DNA from: Basidiobolus meristosporus CBS 931.73
Lineage: Eukaryota > Fungi > Basidiobolomycota
Assembly (NCBI GenBank): GCA_002104905.1
Contig: MCFE01000277.1
Span: 41,013 to 105,012 of the forward strand
Length of the DNA stretch: 64,000 bases
Reading direction: 5' to 3'
The notes under the pieces are model-generated. The model had not been told where the DNA came from and made no database searches. It saw only the letters and a list, made by a program, of their open reading frames with translations. The translations under genes and the position numbers were made by a program. Below, one piece after another: positions 52,842 through 60,607 of this stretch. Numbering within the stretch: the first letter of the stretch is position 1; the number at the start of each line of letters is the position of its first letter.

Positions 52842-53732
52842 ATGTCCGGAGTGGCTGAGCTGAAGCGTCAAGCCTATGGTAAGGCCAAGGTCAGAGTCAC
52901 CAAGGCTATCCGCCACACCGCCCAATATAACGACATTGTCGAGCTCACCTGCCAAGTGCTCCTTGAGGGTGACTTCAAAGAGGCCTACACCAAGGCTGAC
53001 AACAGCATGGTTGTCCCCACTGACACCGTCAAGAATACTTGCTACGTTATTGCCAAGAAGTCCGACCGCGTCCAGACCATCGAGCGCTATGCTTACGAGC
53101 TTGGCAAGCACTTTGTTGACAAGTACTCCCACGTCACCCATGCCAGTGTCCACATTGTCCAACAACGTTGGGCCAGAATCAATGTCAATGGTGAGCCGCA
53201 TCCTCACTCCTTCTACCGTGATGGCAGCGAGACCAGAGAGACCTGGATTACTGTTGCTGCTGACAGAGTGAGCATCAAATCGGGATTGGAAGGGCTTCTT
53301 GTGTTGAAGACCACCGGCTCCTCCTTCACCAACTTCCATCTCTGCGAGAACACCACCCTTCAGGATGCCGATGACCGAATCTTCTCCACCACTGTCAAGG
53401 CCTACTACAACATCGACACCTCAATCGGTGTCGAGAACGTTCCATTTGACCGCATCTTTGAAGGAGTACGCAAGACCACCCTGGATGTGTTCGCTCACGA
53501 TGACTCTGCCTCCGTTCAGGCGACCATTTACCGTATGGCTGAGTTAATCTTGAGGCGGTTCCCTGAAGTCCAGGATGTGTACTACGCACTCCCCAACAGC
53601 CACCACTTTACCACCAACCTTGCCCCCTTCAACCTACCCAATGCTGGCCAGGAGATGTCGATTTTCTCGCCAGTGACTGACTTCTCTGGATACATCACTG
53701 CCACCATTGGCCGTTGTGGTAACAAATTTTAA
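52842..53732 (+). CDS. Uricase (urate oxidase), paralog B
   Basis: YGK, VPTDTVKN, LKTTGSSF, DRIFST, SASVQ, PNSHH motifs intact; intronless; divergently transcribed from paralog A. Confidence 0.95.
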   Translation: MSGVAELKRQAYGKAKVRVTKAIRHTAQYNDIVELTCQVLLEGDFKEAYTKADNSMVVPTDTVKNTCYVIAKKSDRVQTIERYAYELGKHFVDKYSHVTHASVHIVQQRWARINVNGEPHPHSFYRDGSETRETWITVAADRVSIKSGLEGLLVLKTTGSSFTNFHLCENTTLQDADDRIFSTTVKAYYNIDTSIGVENVPFDRIFEGVRKTTLDVFAHDDSASVQATIYRMAELILRRFPEVQDVYYALPNSHHFTTNLAPFNLPNAGQEMSIFSPVTDFSGYITATIGRCGNKF

Positions 53733-54333
53733 TCTACCATCACGTCACTCTGTAAAATTCGTTAAATAAATCTTTTCGAATAAATTCATCACCAACTCTC
53801 ATCAATCATGTTTAAAGCGGTAATCTATTATTGATACAACTGGGTACTTGCTCCCTTTGCGGAACAAATGAACGAGGCTTTGACCAATATTGAAAAATGC
53901 TTTCACTTTGATGAAGCCTTGAAAACGATGAGATTATCAAGTCTTTGCAGTAACAGAAAGTCGCTTTTACCTCTCAAGGTATTGAGCAAAAATAAGGTAA
54001 TCACATGAAACACGATGAATAGTAAAAGGACTTGACCAAACATCGTTGCATTGTTTCCGCAACGAACCGAAGAATTGGCCAAGTATGAAATCACAGCATA
54101 GAAATCATTAGGGCAATGTGGATTATTGGGTGATTCCAGGGCTACACTAACCATACAGGGATGGAGATGATACACAGTGTTTGAAATGCCAAAACAGCCA
54201 CTGGGTTACAGAGGCTCAGTTCTAGGCTGCATAGAAAGTACCAGTCAAACTAATTGCAACATTCCTGCAGCGACTCACAATCAGTACATAAAAAAGTGAT
54301 TGGAACATCCACATCCTCACCAGTCTGCCCTCC

Positions 54334-54867
54334 ATGTCCATCATAAAATCCCTACTGTTGATCAGCGTTGCGATTGCTCTTACACACAATCCTGTTACTA
54401 GTCAGGAAGTTGAAGGTGGTAGCACAGCTGTTGCCAGTCAGGGGACTACTGATGGTGGAGCCGCGGTGCCGGGTCCTGAAGTCATTCGCCTGGAAAAGCG
54501 GTACGGTGGTGGCCCCGCTCTCTTCAGTTCTCATAGCATTGCCGGAAGTGTACCCGTAATTCAAGGCAGTCCTCTGAATCTGGGAAAGAGTAGCAAAGGA
54601 AAGAAACACGGACGCGGGCACGGTCACGGAACTGCTGGAAAACGAGGTCCACGTGGGAGACGTGGAAGACAGGGGAAGCGGGGGAGACAAGGAAAGCGAG
54701 GAAGACCTGGTAGGCCAGGCAGACCAGGTAAATCCGAGATCTATGTTGTAAATCCAGAACCTCCAACAACTCCAGTCCCTGAACCAAAACCTTATTCTGA
54801 TGATGTTCCCCAAGCCATAAACTCTCATACGGATGATAGTGCCTCTCCAGCTGAGCCAAATTACTAG
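54334..54867 (+). CDS. Small secreted protein with a cationic collagen-like (Gly-X-Y)12 tract
   Basis: Signal peptide MSIIKSLLLISVAIALT, LEKR dibasic site, GTA-GKR-GPR-GRR-GRQ-GKR-GRQ-GKR-GRP-GRP-GRP-GKS (54628-54735), Pro-rich acidic tail. Confidence 0.75.
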   Translation: MSIIKSLLLISVAIALTHNPVTSQEVEGGSTAVASQGTTDGGAAVPGPEVIRLEKRYGGGPALFSSHSIAGSVPVIQGSPLNLGKSSKGKKHGRGHGHGTAGKRGPRGRRGRQGKRGRQGKRGRPGRPGRPGKSEIYVVNPEPPTTPVPEPKPYSDDVPQAINSHTDDSASPAEPNY

Positions 54868-55736
54868 TTGCTGGAATAATAAAGAACTGAGGGATTGATA
54901 GAAATACATTATAATTGTTATGAACAGTACATCTATTCGATAATATAATCATTTGCCACGATAGTGGTCAAAGGTGTTGTTTATCTAAAACATTTCCGAA
55001 TTGAATTCTCTTTCTCAATGCCACACAATAAGACTTGACATGCATAAATGAACAGGCATTGAGTTGTGGTTGAAAGTGTTTGTCTCAGCTCATTGCATCA
55101 AGATACTTTGCCTATACGTACCTGACTAGTGATGATACCCGTAGAGGTGGTTCTGGAATCATCGGAGCTAGCATGCATTAATAATGGAAATGAAACGGTT
55201 CTGGATACGGAAAGGAGGTAATGGTTAGGATGCTACTGATTCTGACAGTGGTTTAAGTGGTCAAGAGCTTGTGCAGAAGCGGAGGCCCGTACAATTTTTG
55301 GACTACATTATAAAATCATCTATACATACAAATAAAATCCAGTTCCAATTCATTTCAGATCCTGAACAGCCAGCAATATACACGTAAAATATTTTGCTCT
55401 GCTTTCTTGATATGATGTACCACTTATCGAGTGCGGGGTAAACCATATAATGGCAAATATGGGGAAAAAGGCGTTGTTTACTCAATTCACAAGGCAGGGG
55501 GTGAACTACCAATCGCCATTTTTGGCTAAATTTGGGTTGATTCTGATAGTTAACACACTGAACTGTATCTTGGCTTAATGAGACAGAGCAGGAAAAGGAA
55601 AGAGGCACTTATTTACATACGGGATACCCCATGTTTCGCTGGCCCATAAAGGGAAAGCTGTAGGTTGGTATAAATAGAGGCTCTAGTGAGATATATCAGG
55701 GCATCCACTAAGTGCTATATCTCTTTTTATAATAGA

Positions 55737-56894
55737 ATGCAATTCTCCGCTCCTAGAATCTTGTGCTTCCTCTCTGGTTTGGCAGCAATCAACGCTGCAG
55801 CTTTCGATCGGAGATTGCAAGCTAGAAGCGGTGGGGCCTATGATGTGACGGATGTATTTGGTGGAGGTAATGGTGGAAATGGTGGTAACGGTGCTGGTGC
55901 TTACGACTCTGGCAATGATGGTAATGAAAACGGCGGTAATGACAACGGCGGTAACGGTGCTGGTGCTTATGACTCTGGAAACGGCAATGGTGGTACTGGA
56001 GGAAACGGAAATGGCGGCAACAGAAACGGCGGTAATGGAGATAGTAATAGAAATGGAGGTAGCGGAGCCGGTGCTTATGACTCTGGCAGTGGAGGTAGTA
56101 ATGGAAACGGCGGTAACGGTAACGGCAACGAAGGTAATCGAGATGATAATAGCGGTAACGGTAACGGTGCTGGCGCTTACGACTCTGGAAACGGCAATAG
56201 TGGTAATGGAAGTGGAGGCCATGAAGACGGCAATAGAAACGGTGGAAACGGAATCGGTGGTAATGGAAATGGAGGTAACGGGGCCGGCGCCTATGACTCT
56301 GGAAATGGAGACAACGGAGATGGAAATAGCGGCAGTAGCAACGGTGGCAACGGGAATGGAGGGAACGGAGCTGGTATTTATGACTCTGAAAATGGAGGAA
56401 GCGGAAACGGCAGTAACGGCAACGGAGTCCATGGAGATGGTAATGGAAACGATGGCAACGAAGCCAGTGCCTATGGCTCTGGAAATGGTGGAAACGAAAA
56501 CGGCGGTAACGGCAACGGAGGTAATGGAGATGGTAATGGTAATGGTGCTGACACTTATGACTCTGGTAACGGAAACGGTGGTAATGGAAATGGTAATGGT
56601 GGTAGCGGGGAAGGTAACATTGGCAAAGTAGATAGTGATAGCCGTAATGGAAACGGTAGCAACGGTGCTGGCGCTTACGACTCCGGAAACGGCAACGCTG
56701 GTAATAAAAACAGAGGCAATGATGATGGCAATGAAACCGGTGGAAATGGAACAGGTGCTTATGACTCTGGAAACGGAAACGGTGGTAACGGCAACGGGGG
56801 TAATGGAGATGGCAGTGGAAACGGTGCTAGTGCTAATGACTCGGGAAACAATGGTGGTAATGGCACCGGGAATGGTAATGACAATTATCAGTAA
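55737..56894 (+). CDS. Secreted Gly/Asn-rich repeat protein with ~11 (N)GAGAYDSGN units
   Basis: Signal peptide MQFSAPRILCFLSGLAAINAAA, dibasic RR, then imperfect tandem repeats; upstream TATAAATA (~55669) and downstream AATAAA (~56947). Confidence 0.85.
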   Translation: MQFSAPRILCFLSGLAAINAAAFDRRLQARSGGAYDVTDVFGGGNGGNGGNGAGAYDSGNDGNENGGNDNGGNGAGAYDSGNGNGGTGGNGNGGNRNGGNGDSNRNGGSGAGAYDSGSGGSNGNGGNGNGNEGNRDDNSGNGNGAGAYDSGNGNSGNGSGGHEDGNRNGGNGIGGNGNGGNGAGAYDSGNGDNGDGNSGSSNGGNGNGGNGAGIYDSENGGSGNGSNGNGVHGDGNGNDGNEASAYGSGNGGNENGGNGNGGNGDGNGNGADTYDSGNGNGGNGNGNGGSGEGNIGKVDSDSRNGNGSNGAGAYDSGNGNAGNKNRGNDDGNETGGNGTGAYDSGNGNGGNGNGGNGDGSGNGASANDSGNNGGNGTGNGNDNYQ

Positions 56895-56997
56895 CACATG
56901 GAATTATAGTAGAATGATAATGTATTTATAATCTATATCACTCATAAATAAAATTGCTTAATCGATATCACTTCTCTATATACAATATAAATGTCTC

Positions 56998-57014
56998 GTG
57001 GGTTCGACCCCAAC
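56998..57014 (+). promoter_or_regulatory. Isolated tRNA-type B-box / T-arm-like motif (GTGGGTTCGACCCCAAC)
   Basis: Matches the GGTTCGANYCC consensus with a partial T-stem. No A-box or rest of a cloverleaf seen upstream. Confidence 0.4.
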
Positions 57015-57049
57015 CTCTGGGTTGCAAATATTTTATCATATGCAATCTG

Positions 57050-58070
57050 TTAGGGGGGGGGGAGACAGTCACCAACAGGTGAAATCTTTATTTCAGTTGA
57101 AACAAAGAAGTCAGCGCTACTGTTGTAGCTTTGATACAAGAGTGTGTAGCTGAGGGGAATTCGTAGGTAAGTTGATAAGAAGTGATGATAGCTCTTCAGT
57201 GCTCAAGACACTGTTCAGTGGGAAGGGAGGTAGCAAGAGGGGTAAGAATGATTTGTGGACAACATTAGTGAGGGGAATATGATAAGGATTGATGTTCATC
57301 ATAAAGGGAGTGTGCTGCTTCAGATATTGCTGCCAAAGGTCTGTCAAGTACTTCAGGTAGGCCAGCTTGGGTTTTTCTGACTGCAGAATATAGTGAGCAA
57401 ACTTCTTGACTTCAGGATCTCCAAGTATAGTTCTCCAGCAGGAGCCAGATGTAGTGTGGTGTGTTCTGTTCCAGGCCTTGATTAGTGGGTTGTTGCAGTG
57501 GTGAAGTCTGAGATATAATCTGTTTCTATGGTAAAGTAGTCTGATCTTATAAGGCATAAACCCAAAAGCCCCAAGAATAGCATGTCTGTAGGGGCATTCA
57601 GGTAGTTGAGGCACCAGGGATGTAATGCACCAGACTGCAAACTTGTCAAGCTTAGTGCAGTCTCTAGAAGTAAGAGAGAGAAGTGGTAAGCCAAATTCCA
57701 GGACAGGGAAGACAAACTGCTTGAGTAGAAGGAGGCAGCTGGGAGCTGAAGTTGTAGGAGGAGTTACAGCTAGTAGCTTATGGAGTGCCTGTCTTGCCAG
57801 AATAATTCTCTTCTTCAGGTGTGCTCCAGAGTCTAGTCCAGTAGGAAGGAAAGGAAAGCCAAGATATGCAGCTGAAACCTGAGCAGGCAGAGTGTAGTTC
57901 CCTAAGTTGATAGGACAACCCAAAGGTACTGTCTTTGCCATGGAAAGCTGGAGAATATTTTTCTGCAGATACTGGTGGATGGTCTGGGAGTCTTGTTGCA
58001 TGTTGGAGGAGGATTTTCTGATGTCATCAGCAAAAAGAGTAGCCGGGCAGTCAGCTGAGAGTCTTGGGAA
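57050..58070 (-). mobile_element. LINE family A, copy 1 (5'-truncated; RT C-terminal part + 3' tail, joined via TTAG(G)n)
   Basis: Highly similar to 58781-59785. Retains LFADD...YLGFPF...FVFPVLEFG, stop at 57117, 3' tail hairpin, then GGGGGGGGGGATT on the minus strand (TTAGGGG... on +). Confidence 0.9.
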
Positions 58071-58469
58071 TGTTGTAAGAGTCTTGGAGATATTGGAAGT
58101 GATTGGGAGAACTAGTAGATTATGTGATTTTCACTTAATGATTTATTGAATGTAAAAGTAGTATTTATACCTTTACATGGTCTTGGCATTACAAACACCT
58201 AGAATAGGTCAAGGAAGGTCCCAAGAACATGTGTGCAAAGTTTGGGGCTGTTTGGACAACTAATCTAATATTCATGTTCTGGGTAAATATTCCAGGTAAA
58301 TCCCAACAAGGATTTTGGTCAGTATTCTCTAGGATTTGAAGGTAATGATCTAAGTGACTAAGTTGGGTGAGTATTTAGGTGTAAGTACAAATTTTTACAA
58401 CACTCCCACTGAGCTAAATGTTCATACTGACTAGTCCCAACTTTGACCTAAAATATTTGAACTTGTCTC
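58071..58469 (-). mobile_element. 3' end of an LTR retrotransposon: ~65 bp internal sequence + PPT + 332-bp 3' LTR (family copy 3)
   Basis: LTR 58071-58402 has TGTTGTAA...TTACAACA inverted ends and, on the minus strand, TATAAATA then AATAAA. Purine tract AGTGGGAG directly precedes it. The internal part stops at a TTAGGGGGG junction. Confidence 0.78.
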
Positions 58470-58740
58470 TTAGGGGGGATGCTAATCACCACAGGGTGAA
58501 ATCTTTATTCAAATTGTAAATAAAGAAGCCAAGTTTGAGTATGTATATCTGAAATGCAGTTAGCCTACAAGATAAACTTGGACTTTGCTGTATCCCAAAT
58601 ATCCTCAATATCAAAATTTAGAGGAGAATGTAGCAAAACTGCTTGTTCACTTTAGTATTTCTTGAGGAAGTTTGTGACTTGAAGGGAAGGAGAGTTTTTC
58701 AACAAGCTGGTACACCTTTTGAGGAGTTCTTTTTCCAGAG
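58470..58740 (-). mobile_element. 3' fragment of a second non-LTR family (B) with the shared tail
   Basis: Ends GGCTTCTTT...AATAAAGATTTCACC-CTGT-GGTGA-TTAGCAT-CCCCCCTAA. The body is unrelated by eye to family A. A short minus frame SLEKELL...KFIL* has one internal stop. Confidence 0.65.
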
Positions 58741-58778
58741 AGGGTTAGGGGGAGGAAAGTCACCAAGTGGTGAAATCT
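58741..58778 (-). mobile_element. AGGGTTAGGG + 28-bp tail-only insertion of the SINE-like family
   Basis: 58751-58778 GGAGGAAAGTCACCAAGTGGTGAAATCT is identical to 60608-60635. Confidence 0.85.
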
Positions 58779-58780
58779 CC

Positions 58781-60556
58781 AGGGGGGAGACAGTCACCAA
58801 CAGGTGCAATCTTTATTTCAGTAGAAACAAAGAAGCCAGCGCTACTGTTGTAGCTTTGATACAAGAGTGTGTAGCTGAGGGGAATTTGTAGGTAAGTTAA
58901 TAAGAAGTGATGATAGCTCTTCAGTGCTCAAGACACTGTTCAGTGGGAAGGGGGGTAGCAAGAGAGGTAAGAATGACTTGTGAACAACATTAATGAGGGG
59001 AATGTGATAAGGATTGATATTCATCATAAAGGGAGTGTGCTGCTGCAGATATTGCTGCCAAAGGTCTGTCAAGTACTTCAGGTAGGCCAGCTTGGGTTTT
59101 TCTGACTGCAGAATATAGTGAACAACCTTCTTGACTTCAGGATCTCCAAGTATAGTTCTCCAGCAGGAGCCAGGTGTTGTGTGGTGTGTTCTCTTCCAGG
59201 CCTTAATCAGTGGGTTGTTGCAGTTGTGAAGTCTGAGGTATAATCTGGTTCTAAGGTAGAGAAGTCTGATCCTATAGGGCATAAACCCAAAAGCACCAAG
59301 AATAGCATGTCTGTAGGGGCATTCAGGCAAATGAGGTACCAAGGAGGTAATGCACCATACTGCAAACTTGTCAAGCTTAGTGCAGTCTCTAGAAGTAAGA
59401 GAGAGAAGTGGTAAGCCAAATTCCAGGACAGGGAAGACAAACTGCTTGAGTAGAAGGAGGCAGCTGGGAGCTGAAGTTGTAGGGGGAGTAACAGCCTGTA
59501 GCTTGTGGAGTGCCTGTCTTGCCAGGATAATTCTCTTCTTCAGGTGTGCTCCAGAGTCTAGTCCAGTAGGAAGGAAAGGAAAGCCAAGATATGTAGCAGA
59601 AACCTGAGCAGGTAGAGTGGAGTTCTCCAAGTTGATGGGAGAGCCCAAAGGTGCTGTCTTTGCAATGGAAAGCTGGAGATTATTCTTCTGCAGATACTGG
59701 TGGATGGTCTGGGAGTCTTGTTGCACATTGGAGGAGGATATTCTGATGTCATCAGCAAAGAGAGTAACCAGGCAGTCAGCTGAGAGTCTTGGGAAATCAT
59801 TCAGGAAGATGGCAAACAGTATAGGACCAAGCACAGAGCCTTGAACCACTCCATTAGGAACTGAGAACACAGCTGATTGCTCACTTGGGTGCCGAATTCT
59901 TGCTTGTGGATCCAGAAACAGAGACCTGACAAGGAGGGTGAGAGAGGTACTGGAGAAGCATTGCAACTTGGACCAAAGCAGATTTCTGTCAACTGAATCA
60001 AAGGCCTTAGTAATATCAAACAGAACAGAGGGATACTTGCACTGGAGAGAGTGATCTTGGCTAAGTATGACTGCATATTCCAAGGAGAGGCCAGGAACAA
60101 AGCCAAACTGTGCAGGATGAAACTTGAGGGAGTCAGAGTACAGCTCCTGAGCAAGCAGAAGCTCAAACACCTTTCTGCAGGTGGGCAGCAGAGATATTGG
60201 CCTGTAGGAGCTAGGATCCAGGTGCTTTCCTTTACCCTTGTACAGCGGCAGAACATTTGCAAAGGACCATTCCTCAGGAGTAGAAAGCTGGGCTGAACAT
60301 TGCTGAAACAGTGGAAGCAGAAGTGCAGACATGGCCTTGGTACTAGTCTTCAGAAGCTCATAGGAGATTGTGTCCACACCTGGAGCAGTAGAGTTGGGAA
60401 GCCTCTTGAGCACATTATGGATTCTCCCTTGATCAAGTGCAAGTGGGATGGGCAGAGTCTTGAAGTCAGGATGAAAGCCAGGAGTTGAGTACTGCTTTGT
60501 AGAGAAGAAGATGTTAGCCAGCTGTTCTGTTGAAGGTAACTTCCTGGAAGAGGGCC
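58781..60556 (-). mobile_element. LINE family A, copy 2 (5'-truncated; uninterrupted RT + C-terminal domain)
   Basis: Non-LTR RT motifs PGVD, YRPISLL, QFGF, FDITKAFDSV, GVVQGSVLGPILF, LFADD, YLGFPF. No C-terminal RNase H, CCHC or PD-(D/E)xK endonuclease motif seen. Any N-terminal endonuclease would lie in the lost 5' part. Confidence 0.93.
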
Positions 60557-60589
60557 TTAGGGGGGAGACAGTCACCAACAGGTGAAATC
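60557..60589 (-). mobile_element. TTAGGG + 28-bp tail-only insertion of LINE family A
   Basis: GGGAGACAGTCACCAACAGGTGAAATCT is identical to 57059-57086. Confidence 0.85.
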
Positions 60590-60607
60590 TTAGGGTTAGG
60601 GTTAGGG
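60590..60607 (+). repeat. (TTAGGG)3 telomere-type repeat at an element junction
   Basis: Read directly from the sequence: TTAGGGTTAGGGTTAGGG between two element tails. Confidence 0.95.

Noticed and set aside
55683-56897. 404-aa Thr/Val/Ser/Ile-rich minus ORF and 259-aa Met/Val/Glu-rich alternative frame
   Set aside because: By-products of the Gly/Asn codon repeats; only the G/N frame has a signal peptide, TATA box and polyA signal.
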